The notes: generated by a model from the letters alone, not told the origin. 32,000 nucleotides of DNA from Candidatus Karelsulcia muelleri (GCF_022985615.1 NZ_CP094965.1:30001-62000), one strand, 5' to 3'; counted from the stretch's first letter, positions 1 to 8,601 are shown. Program-made: numbers and translations.

Positions 1-1318
1 TCTTTACTTTATATTTGTTTTTAAATTTAATTTGAATCGGGATTCCAATTAGATCAAAATTAGACCTTATTTTTTTTTCTAGAAATCTTTTATAAGACCT
101 AGGAATAAGTTTAGGATTATTGCTAAAAAAAAGGAATTTCTTAATACCTTTTTTTAAAATTGGTACGCAATATTTTATAGAAAGATTTCTACCATTACTT
201 AAATTTATTGTTTTTTTTTTTAATATCGGAAGCATAATTTTATTAAAATAACTTGTATTTATTTTTTGTTTTTGCTTTTTTATTATACTTATTGCTTGAT
301 TAAAAGCTTTAATAATATTTTGTTTGGAAAAATTAGATGTGAAATATATTGGCAGATCTGTAAATGGATAAATTTTTTTAATAATATTTTGTTTTAAATT
401 TTGTAAAATACTCTTTTTTTTAATAAGATCACATTTATTAATTAATATAATAATACCTTTAAAGGTATTTTTAATAATTTTAAATATCTTTATATCTTGT
501 TTTTGAAACCCTATTTTAGTATCTATTATTAAAAAACATAAGTCAGAATTGTAAATTGCTTGAGTCGTTCGAAGAAATGAAAAGTATTCGAGATCTTCCT
601 TTTTTCTTTTCTTTTTTATTATCCCAGCAGTATCAATCAAAATACATTTAAAATTAAATTTATTATAAATTACTTCTATGCAATCCCTAGTAGTACCTGG
701 AAGATCACAGACTATGCTTTGATTTTTATTTAATAAGGTATTAATTAAAGATGACTTGCCTACATTTTTCCTTCCTACTAAAGTAATCCTAGGTAAATTG
801 TAATTTTTTAATTTAATTAATATTTCTTTTTTATTAGAAAAAATATAATTTAATAATTCGTTAACCCCTTGTCCAGTTGAACCAGATAAAAAAAAATAAT
901 CATTAAATCCTAATTTTAAAATATCTTGTATTTCATAAATATCTGATTTATATTGATCAATTTTATTAACAGCTAGAAAAACTTTTTTTTTTGATCTTTG
1001 TAAGATATTAGATATCTTATAATCTATAGGTAATATTCCAGATAAAATATCTATTACAAATATTACATCGGTTGATTCTTCAATAGCAAATAAAAATTGC
1101 TCACATATTTTAATTTGTAAATCTTTCTTTCCAATTACATATCCTCCAGAATCTATCAGAGTAAACTTATTACCTTTCCATTTACAATCACAATATATCC
1201 TATCTCTGGTAACTCCACTCGAATAATGAGTAATTGCTTTACGGTAGCCTGCTAAATAATTAAAAAGGGTAGATTTTCCTACATTAGGCTGGCCTACTAT
1301 AGAAATTATTTTTTTCAT
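1..1318 (-). CDS. der: GTPase Der (EngA); C-terminus runs off the left edge
   Basis: Own reverse translation from ATG (complement of 1316-1318): MKKIISIVGQPNVGKSTLFNYLAGYRKAITHYSSGVTRDRIY... It has two GTPase domains (GQPNVGKS / GRKNVGKS, DSGG / DTAG, NKID / NKCD) and a KH-like tail (...IPRSYKRFLEKKIRSNFDLIGIPIQIKFK). The frame stays open to base 1. It is absent from the ORF track, probably because it has no stop in the window. Confidence 0.9.
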   Translation of the reverse strand, partial: MKKIISIVGQPNVGKSTLFNYLAGYRKAITHYSSGVTRDRIYCDCKWKGNKFTLIDSGGYVIGKKDLQIKICEQFLFAIEESTDVIFVIDILSGILPIDYKISNILQRSKKKVFLAVNKIDQYKSDIYEIQDILKLGFNDYFFLSGSTGQGVNELLNYIFSNKKEILIKLKNYNLPRITLVGRKNVGKSSLINTLLNKNQSIVCDLPGTTRDCIEVIYNKFNFKCILIDTAGIIKKKRKKEDLEYFSFLRTTQAIYNSDLCFLIIDTKIGFQKQDIKIFKIIKNTFKGIIILINKCDLIKKKSILQNLKQNIIKKIYPFTDLPIYFTSNFSKQNIIKAFNQAISIIKKQKQKINTSYFNKIMLPILKKKTINLSNGRNLSIKYCVPILKKGIKKFLFFSNNPKLIPRSYKRFLEKKIRSNFDLIGIPIQIKFKNKYKVK

Positions 1319-1345
1319 GACTAGTTGAAAAAATTAATAATTTAA

Positions 1346-1510
1346 ATTAAAATTCCGATTGTAGGTACTGGGAATATTGGTGGTGCTTGTGCAAGTTTAA
1401 TAGCTGCTAAGGATATAGTTAATAATATTATTTTGTTAGAATATGGTTTAAATAATGTTTTCTTAGGTATCCCAGTAATTTGAGTAAAAAAAGGAATATT
1501 ATTGAATTAA
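1346..1510 (+). pseudogene. mdh: Collapsed malate dehydrogenase relic (N-terminal Rossmann segment joined to a C-terminal segment, with an internal stop)
   Basis: Own translation: IKIPIVGTGNIGGACASLIAAKDIVNNIILLEYGLNNVFLGIPVI*VKKGILLN*. The first ~33 aa resemble the flavobacterial Mdh N-terminus as I recall it (KVxxVGAGxVGxxCA...VVLLDI). The end resembles the C-terminal ..IGVPxxIGKNGVE.. segment. About 250 codons are missing, there is no ATG, and a TGA lies at 1481-1483. Confidence 0.6.
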
Positions 1511-1540
1511 AACTTAATAAAGAATTTAATTAGATAATAT

Positions 1541-2389
1541 TTAAATAATATGTTTATAGGCATTATAAGAACTTCTAACTAATGGATTGCTTTCAACATA
1601 TAAAAAGCCCATTTCTAAAGCTAGATTTTTGTAGTATTTAAATTTATGAGGCGTAATAAAGCTTTGAACTGGGTAATGTTTTGAAGTAGGGGCTAGATAT
1701 TGACCTATTGTTAATATATCAATATTGGCTTTTTTTATAGCTTTCAAAGTATTTATTACTTCTACTTCTGTTTCACCTAATCCTAGCATAATACCAGTTT
1801 TAGTTCTTATGTCGCTTTTTTTTTTTATATATTTTAAAATAGATAAGCTTCTATCATATTTAGCCTGAATACGTACTTTTTTTGTTAATCTAGGTACAGT
1901 TTCTAAATTATGAGAAATAATTTCTGGGTGTTCCTTAATTATTAGTGCAATTTTTTTTTTATGCCCTTTAAAATCTGGTATTAAGGCTTCTATAGTCGAA
2001 TTAGAGATTTTTTTAATTTCTCTTATTGTTTTAATCCATATTTTTATTCCCATATCTTTTAAATCATCTCTATTAACTGAAGTCAAAACAACGTGTTTAA
2101 TTTCCATTTTTTTTACTGTCTTTGCAATTTTATAAGGTTCTAACACATTTATTTTTTTAGGTTTTCCAGTTTTTATCGCACAAAATTTGCAAGATCTAGT
2201 ACATATATTTCCTAATAAAAGAAAACTTAACACTCCATTTTTCCAACAAATTCCAAGATTAGGACAATCACTACTTTTACAAATTGTATTTAAGCTTTCT
2301 TTTATTAGTAAATTATTAATATTATCATACTTTCCTCCAATCGGTAATCTAACTTTTAACCAAATTGGTTTATTTTTATTAAAATTCAT
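1541..2389 (-). CDS. lipA: Lipoyl synthase
   Basis: 282-aa track ORF with the CPNLGICW and radical-SAM CTRSCKFC motifs, collinear with LipA. Confidence 0.95.
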   Translation of the reverse strand: MNFNKNKPIWLKVRLPIGGKYDNINNLLIKESLNTICKSSDCPNLGICWKNGVLSFLLLGNICTRSCKFCAIKTGKPKKINVLEPYKIAKTVKKMEIKHVVLTSVNRDDLKDMGIKIWIKTIREIKKISNSTIEALIPDFKGHKKKIALIIKEHPEIISHNLETVPRLTKKVRIQAKYDRSLSILKYIKKKSDIRTKTGIMLGLGETEVEVINTLKAIKKANIDILTIGQYLAPTSKHYPVQSFITPHKFKYYKNLALEMGFLYVESNPLVRSSYNAYKHII

Positions 2390-2416
2390 AATAAATAAAA
2401 CCTCATAATAAGAAAA

Positions 2417-3199
2417 ATGAAAACTAATTCAAGGATTGAATCCCAATTAAAATACATATATAGATTACAATTAATTCATTTGCGTTTGAAATATTTAAAT
2501 TATATAATAAATAGATTTCCAGTCTTTATTATAAGATTTCTTTTGTTTTTAAAACAAAAAAAAAGATATCTATTCTTTTTAACACAAAGACTAAAAAATA
2601 AAAAAAAACTTTTAAGAAGTAATTCAAAATTAAATATATATAAAAAAAAAATTATACAACTTTTAAAATTACTTCCAAAGCAAAAAAAATTACTTCCAAA
2701 GCAAAAACTAAAACTAAAGAAGTTGGAGATGGATATAGAATATAATTATATTAATTTTCTTTTAAAAAAAAGAAGAAATTTAAAGAAAAAGAATAACTTG
2801 ATTATTAATTCAATAAAAATCAAACAAATTAAAAAATATATTAGGATTAAAGAACTCAGATTTAAAAGTAAAATTATAAATTATAAACAAAAAAAAGAAA
2901 AAATTAATAAAAAGATTATCTTTTTAAAAGAAATTGAAAAGAAAATAAAAAAAAAGATTAATAACAATTTATTAAAAAGATATAAACAGATTATTTCTAT
3001 AAGTGGAATAGCAGTAGTCCCAGTTTATAAAAAGATACCATTTGGTACATATATATTAATTACTCAACAAAAATATTATGAATTATTAGAAAGAAAAAAA
3101 ATAATTATTGAAGAAATTAGTGGGAGAATACTAATAGATTTTTATTTAGCTAATAAAGAAAATAATAATATGAAGAAAATATTATTTAATTTTTATTAG
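2417..3199 (+). CDS. COG1579/DUF164-like coiled-coil protein with a degenerate C4 zinc ribbon
   Basis: The N-terminus (IESQLKYIYRLQLIHLRLKYLNYIINRFP) and the C-terminus (LLKRYKQIISISGIAVVPVYKKIPFGTYILITQQ...IIIEEISGRILID) are collinear with the COG1579 pattern (..LYDLQLID.RI.. / ..RYE.IR...G.AVV.V....C.GC...P.Q......I..C..CGRIL.). All four expected Cys positions are substituted. Confidence 0.55.
   Translation: MKTNSRIESQLKYIYRLQLIHLRLKYLNYIINRFPVFIIRFLLFLKQKKRYLFFLTQRLKNKKKLLRSNSKLNIYKKKIIQLLKLLPKQKKLLPKQKLKLKKLEMDIEYNYINFLLKKRRNLKKKNNLIINSIKIKQIKKYIRIKELRFKSKIINYKQKKEKINKKIIFLKEIEKKIKKKINNNLLKRYKQIISISGIAVVPVYKKIPFGTYILITQQKYYELLERKKIIIEEISGRILIDFYLANKENNNMKKILFNFY
2669..2707. repeat. 21-bp tandem duplication, in frame (LLPKQK x2)
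   Basis: ttacttccaaagcaaaaa occurs at 2669 and again at 2690, inside the COG1579-like CDS. Confidence 0.9.
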
Positions 3200-3273
3200 A
3201 ACTTTTTTTTTTCTTTTTAAAACTCTAAAGCCAATTTTTCTTATTTATTTTGGATGGATTATATGTACGTTTC

Positions 3274-3560
3274 ATACTATACTATACTATACTATACTAT
3301 ACTATACTATACTATACTATACTATACTATACTATACTATAAATAAATAGAATACTATAGTATAGTATACTAATACTAATTATACTAATAGATAATAGAT
3401 AGTATAGTATACTAATACTAATACTAATACTAATAGATAATAGATAATACATTACATTATAATAGATAGTATAGTATACTAATAGTAATACTAAGACTAC
3501 TAAGACTAAGACTAATAGTAATAGTAATAGATAGATAGTATACTATTACTATTACTATAA
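3274..3560. repeat. Composite satellite block: (ACTAT)13, then mosaics of ATAGT, TACTAA, TAGATAA, TAAGAC, TAGTAA and TATTAC units
   Basis: A perfect (actat)13 spans 3276-3340. From 3355 onward short arrays of other units follow, including the reverse-complement unit atagt and the higher-order block aatagatagtatagtatactaata seen twice (about 3394 and 3472). The block ends 17 bp before the peroxiredoxin ATG. Confidence 0.95.
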
Positions 3561-3576
3561 ATAGTATTAATTATAT

Positions 3577-4206
3577 ATGAATACTTTAATAGGAAAAAAA
3601 GCTCCAAATTTTAAGGCGACAGCAGTTTTAAATGGAAATTCAATAGTAAATAATTTTACTTTAGAAAACTTTATAGGCAAGTACGTAGTTTTATTTTTTT
3701 ATCCTAAAGATTTTACTTTTGTATGTCCCACTGAATTACATTCGTTTCAAGAAAAAAAGGATATTTTTTGCAGAAAAAATGTTAAATTAATAGCCGTTTC
3801 TATAGATTCTGAATATACCCATTTAGCTTGGTTACAAATTTCGAAAAAAAAAGGTGGAATTAAAGGAGTAAATTTTACTATAGTTTCTGATATAAATAAA
3901 ACTATTTCTTATTCGTATGGTGTTTTAAGTGGTAATTGGAAAATTAATAAAAAAGCTGAATTAAAAGTTAAAGGAGGTGAGTTAATCGCCTATAGAGGTT
4001 TATTTATAATAGACAAAAAAGGAATTATAAGACATCAATTGATAAATGATTTCCCTTTAGGAAGAAATGTAGACGAGGTAATTAGAATAATAGATGCTTT
4101 GCAATTTTTTGAAACACATGGTGAAGTTTGTCCTGCAAACTGGAAGACGGGAGAAAAAGGTATTAAACCTACTAAAGATGGAATAATTAATTATTGGAAT
4201 GAATAA
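3577..4206 (+). CDS. ahpC: Typical 2-Cys peroxiredoxin (AhpC/Tsa family)
   Basis: Peroxidatic motif FFYPKDFTFVCPTEL and resolving-Cys motif GEVCPANW. 209-aa track ORF. Confidence 0.9.
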   Translation: MNTLIGKKAPNFKATAVLNGNSIVNNFTLENFIGKYVVLFFYPKDFTFVCPTELHSFQEKKDIFCRKNVKLIAVSIDSEYTHLAWLQISKKKGGIKGVNFTIVSDINKTISYSYGVLSGNWKINKKAELKVKGGELIAYRGLFIIDKKGIIRHQLINDFPLGRNVDEVIRIIDALQFFETHGEVCPANWKTGEKGIKPTKDGIINYWNE

Positions 4207-4394
4207 TTAATTAATTAATTATTGTAATGAATAATTAATTAATTATTGTATTGTATTGTAATGAATATTATATTATATTATTGTAATGAATAATTAATTA
4301 TTGTAATGAATAATTAATTATTGTATTGTATTGTATTTGTATTGTATTGTAATGAATATTATATTATATAATTAATTATTGGAATAATTAATTA
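4184..4394. repeat. Array seeded on the 3-prime end of the peroxiredoxin CDS, plus an (ATTGT)n microsatellite
   Basis: The last codons plus stop (attattggaatgaataattaatt, from 4190) recur as attattgtaatgaataattaatt at about 4219, 4277 and 4297. They are interleaved with attgtattgtattgta and atattatattatat blocks. A final aattaattattggaataattaatt copy abuts tRNA-Leu. Confidence 0.85.
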
Positions 4395-4477
4395 TACCTG
4401 GAGTGGGATTTGAACCCACAAGATTTTTAATCACTGAATTTTGAGTTCAGCGTGTCTACCCATTTCACCATCCAGGC
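4395..4477 (-). tRNA. tRNA-Leu (anticodon CAA), class II, no encoded CCA
   Basis: Reverse complement: gcctgga-tg-gtgaaatgggtagacac-g-ctgaa-CTCAAAA-ttcag-(variable arm gattaaaaatc)-gtggg-ttcaaat-cccac-tccaggt-a. This folds as a cloverleaf with a long variable arm. Confidence 0.9.
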
Positions 4478-4481
4478 TATA

Positions 4482-4565
4482 TGCGGATAAAGGGATTCGA
4501 ACCCTTATATCTTTTTAGATACTAGATTCTAAGTCTAGCGTGTCTACCCATTTCACCATATCCGC
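4482..4565 (-). tRNA. tRNA-Leu (anticodon UAG), class II, no encoded CCA
   Basis: Reverse complement: gcggata-tg-gtgaaatgggtagacac-g-ctaga-CTTAGAA-tctag-(variable arm)-aaggg-ttcgaat-ccctt-tatccgc-a. It lies 4 nt from the other tRNA-Leu. Confidence 0.9.
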
Positions 4566-4568
4566 AAA

Positions 4569-4658
4569 TTATTTCTTTTTATGTCTATTTTTTCGGCTTT
4601 GTTTTTTTCTTTTATGTGTTGCTATTTTTTTTCTTTTTCTTTTTTTGCCATTTGGCAT
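4569..4658 (-). CDS. 29-aa Lys/Arg-rich ORF, candidate small ribosomal protein (bS22-like)
   Basis: Own translation of the reverse strand: MPNGKKRKRKKIATHKRKKQSRKNRHKKK*. The ATG is the complement of 4656-4658 and the TAA is the complement of 4569-4571. It is below the track size cutoff. The KKRKRxK..HKRKK pattern resembles the small basic bS22 family as I recall it. The stop is 3 nt from the tRNA-Leu(UAG) 5-prime end. Confidence 0.5.
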   Translation of the reverse strand: MPNGKKRKRKKIATHKRKKQSRKNRHKKK

Positions 4659-4943
4659 TTTAATAAAAAATTTTTAGTTATTAATTAATTATTTAATTTT
4701 ATTTACTATTTAAACTACTGTAAATTGACTAGCTTTAATTTTATTAATTTAAATTACGTTAATAATAAATTTATTTATTTTAGAAAATTGTCCAGTATTT
4801 TCTTCTATCACTACTTTTTACAAAGTCTTTATTTACATTTATGAAGTAAATTCAGATGATGACTTTAAAGAATTACTATAATTTAATAATTAATTACTAG
4901 AATTTAAGAATTTAAAGAATAAGGGAAATTGTTTACCAATCAG

Positions 4944-5900
4944 TTAATTACATTCGAAAGCTTTTCTAACTTCAGAAATAGTAGAATTGACTATTTGTTT
5001 CATTTTTTTAGCCCCTTTTTTAAAAATTGTTTCTAACTTATTTTTTCTTTTTATGTAGTATTTATATAAATTACGTTCTCTTTTAAATTTATTGATTATC
5101 AACCTATATAATTCTTCTTTTGCATGTTCGTATCCCATTTTAAAATTATTTTTTATTTTTTCTTTTTTTTCTTTCCCTGCTAAGCTTATATATATATTGT
5201 ATAAATTATCTTTTAATAGTTCTTTTTTATTAGTTGAAAAGTTTTTTTGTGTCTTAATTTTCAGTATTTGTTTTTTTATTTCTTTTTTAGAGGCAAAAAG
5301 ATCTATAATGTTATTTTTAGTTTTACTCATTTTTGATCCATCTGTACCGGGTATTAAATTTTCAATTACTATTGCTTGAGGAAGTGGAAATATTTTTTTT
5401 ATATTATTTATTTTTTTTGCTATTTTTCTAGCTATTTCTAAGTGCTGTAGTTGATCTTTTCCTACTAATACTAGTTCTGCTTTACTTATTAATATATCAG
5501 CAGCCATTAAAATTGGATATGTTAATATTCCTGTATTTATTGTTTTTTTTTTTTTTACATTTTCTTTAAAAGAATGTACTAATTTTAATCTATTATATGG
5601 ATATATAATACTAAAAAACCATAATAATTCAGTAACTTCTGGAATATCAGATTGTCGATAAAAAAGAAATTTTTTATAATCTATTCCACAAGCTAACCAA
5701 ACAGCTAAAATTTTGTAGGCATTTTTTTTATTATTTTTAATATATTTTAAATTCGTAATAGAATGAAGGTTAGCAATTAAAATAAATTGATTTTTAAACT
5801 TTTCATTCTTTGTTAAAAATATAGTAGGGTAAATAACTCCTATCACATTACCCAAATGTGGACGACCAGTACTTTTAATACCAGTTAAAAAATTATACAT
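4944..5900 (-). CDS. trpS: Tryptophan--tRNA ligase
   Basis: 318-aa ORF with a class I HIGH-type motif (TGRPHLGNVIG) and KMSKS (GSKMSKT). Confidence 0.95.
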   Translation of the reverse strand: MYNFLTGIKSTGRPHLGNVIGVIYPTIFLTKNEKFKNQFILIANLHSITNLKYIKNNKKNAYKILAVWLACGIDYKKFLFYRQSDIPEVTELLWFFSIIYPYNRLKLVHSFKENVKKKKTINTGILTYPILMAADILISKAELVLVGKDQLQHLEIARKIAKKINNIKKIFPLPQAIVIENLIPGTDGSKMSKTKNNIIDLFASKKEIKKQILKIKTQKNFSTNKKELLKDNLYNIYISLAGKEKKEKIKNNFKMGYEHAKEELYRLIINKFKRERNLYKYYIKRKNKLETIFKKGAKKMKQIVNSTISEVRKAFECN

Positions 5901-5965
5901 TGGTTTTCTTACATTAGAAAATTAATAAGATAAAATAATGGTTTTGTTAAAAAAAAAACTAATAT

Positions 5966-6019
5966 TAGTGTATAGTGTATAGTGTATAGTGTATAGTGTA
6001 TAGTGTATAGTGTATAGTA
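5966..6019. repeat. (TAGTGTA)7 heptamer array
   Basis: Seven perfect tagtgta units span 5966-6014, followed by a degenerate unit. The array sits in the divergent trpS/frr spacer. Confidence 0.95.
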
Positions 6020-6039
6020 TAGAAAATAAAAAAAGAGAA

Positions 6040-6573
6040 ATGAAAAAAGAAATTAAAGAAAAAATGAATAAAATTTTATATTATTATAAAAACAAACTTT
6101 CTAAAATTAGAATAGGAAAAGCAAATACAGAGATGTTAGACGATATTACTGTAGAATATTATAAAAATCAAGTTCCTTTATATCATTTATCAAGCATAGA
6201 AGTAATAAATTCAAAAACTATATTAATTAAGCCATGGGAAAAAAACAAATTGTCTGTAATCGAAAAAAGTATAATTAAATCAAACCTAGGTATTATTCCA
6301 ATTAATAAGGGGAAATTACTAAAATTAGTAATTCCAAGTTTAACAGAAGAAAGGAGGAAAGAAATAATTAAAAGTAATAATCTAAAATTAGAAAAAGCTA
6401 AAATTAGTTTAAGAAATATAAGAAAAGCTTATAATAAGAAAATAATGAAAGAGTTTACTGAAAAAGATTTAATTGAAAAATATAAAAATGAGGTGCATGA
6501 AGCAACTAAAGAATCTATTTATAAAATAGAAAAAATATTTGAAAATAAAAATAAAGAAATACTTAAAATATAG
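6040..6573 (+). CDS. frr: Ribosome recycling factor
   Basis: MKKEIKEKMNKILYYYKNKLSKIRIGKANTEMLDDITVEYY... is collinear with Frr. I prefer the ATG at 6040 over the track start at 6010, which is a GTG inside the heptamer array. Confidence 0.9.
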   Translation: MKKEIKEKMNKILYYYKNKLSKIRIGKANTEMLDDITVEYYKNQVPLYHLSSIEVINSKTILIKPWEKNKLSVIEKSIIKSNLGIIPINKGKLLKLVIPSLTEERRKEIIKSNNLKLEKAKISLRNIRKAYNKKIMKEFTEKDLIEKYKNEVHEATKESIYKIEKIFENKNKEILKI

Positions 6574-7893
6574 ATGTGCAATACGATAAGATCTATTTTA
6601 AAAAAAAATACGAATTTAATAAACAAAAAAATAGTTGTAAATGGGTGGGTAAAACATATAAGATCAAATAAATTAAAAAAGTTTGTGATAATAAACGATG
6701 GTTCAACCATAAGAAATTTACAAATTATAGTAAAAACTGAAAACCGAAAACTTAATAGAGGGACTTTTTTAAAAGTAAAAGGCAAAATAGTATTAAGCAA
6801 AGGCAATAAACAAATTATTGAGCTTTTAGCAAAAAACATAATAATCTATGGCTTATTCAAAAAGAAAGATTTTCAAAAGACCATATTGCAACCGAAAAAA
6901 CATAGTTTTAATAAATTAAGACAACAAGCTTATTTAAGATTTCGTACTAATTTATTTAGTACAATAATGAGGGTTAGACATAATGTCTCTTACCTAATTC
7001 ATAAATATTTCAATAAAAGGGGGTTTTATAATATTCAAACCCCTATAATTACTAATTATGATACAGAAGGGCATAGTAACCTTTTTAAGGTAACTACTTT
7101 AAAGTCAGATTTTTTTGGAGAAAAGGCATTTTTAACAGTTTCTGGACAATTGCATGGTGAATCTGCTGCATTAGGTTTAGGAAAAATTTATACTTTTGGC
7201 CCTATTTTTAGAGCCGAAAATTCAAATACTCCTAGACATTTGGCAGAATTTTGGATGGTAGAACCAGAAGTAGCTTTTTTTAATTTAAAACATAATATGT
7301 ATTTAGCTGAGCATTTTATTAAATATATACTTAAAAATATTATTAAATTATCTTATGAGGATTTATTATTTTTGGATAAAGAAAATAAAATATTTAATAA
7401 TATTAATTTAATATTAAAGAAAGAATTTAAAAGAATAACTTACTCAAAAGCCATTAAAATTCTAAGTAAAAATGGGTATAAAATTAAATGGGGAAAAGAT
7501 TTAAAGTCAGAACATGAAAAATTTTTAGTAGAAAATTATTTTAATTCCCCGATAATTATATTTGATTATCCAATTGATTTAAAACCATTTTATATGAGAA
7601 TAAATAAAGACAAGAAAACAGTATCAGCAATGGATATTATTTTTCCATCTGTTGGTGAAATTATTGGGGGTTCACAAAGAGAAGAAAGATATAAAATACT
7701 ATTATCACAAATTAAATATTTTAAATTAAAAAAAAAAGATCTAGAATGGTATATTAATACTCGAAAATTTGGAACTGTTCCACACAGTGGTTTTGGATTA
7801 GGTTTTGATAGACTAATTCAATTCATTACAAATATGAAAAATATAAGAGAGGTAATACCATTTCCAAGATCTCCCAAAAATATTTATACATAA
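6574..7893 (+). CDS. asnS: Asparagine--tRNA ligase
   Basis: 439-aa ORF with an OB-fold N-terminus (GWVKHIRSNK..FVIINDGS) and class II motifs (FRAENSNTPRHLAEFWMVEPE, GFGLGFDRL). Confidence 0.95.
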   Translation: MCNTIRSILKKNTNLINKKIVVNGWVKHIRSNKLKKFVIINDGSTIRNLQIIVKTENRKLNRGTFLKVKGKIVLSKGNKQIIELLAKNIIIYGLFKKKDFQKTILQPKKHSFNKLRQQAYLRFRTNLFSTIMRVRHNVSYLIHKYFNKRGFYNIQTPIITNYDTEGHSNLFKVTTLKSDFFGEKAFLTVSGQLHGESAALGLGKIYTFGPIFRAENSNTPRHLAEFWMVEPEVAFFNLKHNMYLAEHFIKYILKNIIKLSYEDLLFLDKENKIFNNINLILKKEFKRITYSKAIKILSKNGYKIKWGKDLKSEHEKFLVENYFNSPIIIFDYPIDLKPFYMRINKDKKTVSAMDIIFPSVGEIIGGSQREERYKILLSQIKYFKLKKKDLEWYINTRKFGTVPHSGFGLGFDRLIQFITNMKNIREVIPFPRSPKNIYT

Positions 7894-7916
7894 TTCAGAC
7901 TAGGGAAATTTTGATA

Positions 7917-7991
7917 GGTCTCATAGCTCAGTTTGGTTAGAGCACTTGACTCATAATCAAGAAGTCGTTGGTTCAAATCCAGCTGAGACCA
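7917..7991 (+). tRNA. tRNA with anticodon CAU (elongator Met or lysidine-type Ile2; not the initiator)
   Basis: ggtctca-ta-gctcagtttggttagagc-a-cttga-CTCATAA-tcaag-aagtc-gttgg-ttcaaat-ccagc-tgagacc-a. Positions 1 and 72 pair and the anticodon stem has no GGG/CCC, which argues against fMet. Confidence 0.85.
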
Positions 7992-8021
7992 CGAAATGTC
8001 GAAATAATTTTACTGAACTTT

Positions 8022-8354
8022 ATGAAAGCTTGTTTTGAAGCTTTAGGTAACCAGTTTGTGGCCATAAAAGAGAAAGATTTATATATACCTTTTTTAAAAT
8101 TAGAAAAAATAGGCCAACAAATTTTGTTCCAAAAAATTATATTATTTATGAATAATGGCAAGGTTAAAATAGGAAGACCATATTTGAAGAATATTTACAT
8201 TTTAGCAGAAGTAATTAGTCATAGGAAAGAAAAAAAAATTATTGTTTTTAAAAAAAAAAGAAGAAAAGGGTATAAACTGAAAAAAGGTCATCGCCAAAAG
8301 ATGACTAAAATAAAAATTATTTCGATAGTAAAAAAAAGAATACATGGCTCATAA
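8022..8354 (+). CDS. rplU: 50S ribosomal protein L21
   Basis: [23 protein letters not shown]... is collinear with bL21. The track start at 7968 lies inside the tRNA, so the ATG at 8022 is preferred. Confidence 0.9.
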   Translation: MKACFEALGNQFVAIKEKDLYIPFLKLEKIGQQILFQKIILFMNNGKVKIGRPYLKNIYILAEVISHRKEKKIIVFKKKRRKGYKLKKGHRQKMTKIKIISIVKKRIHGS

Positions 8355-8601
8355 AAAAGGAGTTGGAAGTTCGAGAAATGGACGTGATTCTCGAAGTAAA
8401 CGCTTAGGGGTAAAAAAATATGGTGGCCACATAGTTAAACCAGGAAATATAATTGTAAAACAACGTGGTTCGAAATTTTTACCTCTACAAAATGTTTACA
8501 TGAGCAAAGATTATTCTATACATTCTTATATTTATGGAAAGGTTTTTTTTAAAAAAAAAGGAATAAAAAAATTTATATCAGTTTTATCGTTAGATAAATA
8601 A
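8344..8601 (+). CDS. rpmA: 50S ribosomal protein L27
   Basis: [28 protein letters not shown]... is the canonical bL27 N-terminus. It overlaps the rplU stop. Confidence 0.95.
   Translation: MAHKKGVGSSRNGRDSRSKRLGVKKYGGHIVKPGNIIVKQRGSKFLPLQNVYMSKDYSIHSYIYGKVFFKKKGIKKFISVLSLDK

Noticed and set aside
4659-4943. The non-repetitive 285-bp spacer upstream of trpS as an ncRNA (SRP RNA or RNase P RNA) or a gene relic
   Set aside because: It has no GC-supported helices or conserved SRP or RNase P motifs. Six-frame translation by eye gives only short stop-ridden peptides with no recognisable family. It is left unexplained.
7917-7991. tRNA(CAU) as the initiator tRNA-fMet
   Set aside because: Positions 1 and 72 are paired (G-C) and the anticodon stem lacks the three consecutive G-C pairs typical of initiators. 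Elongator Met versus Ile2 cannot be resolved from sequence alone.
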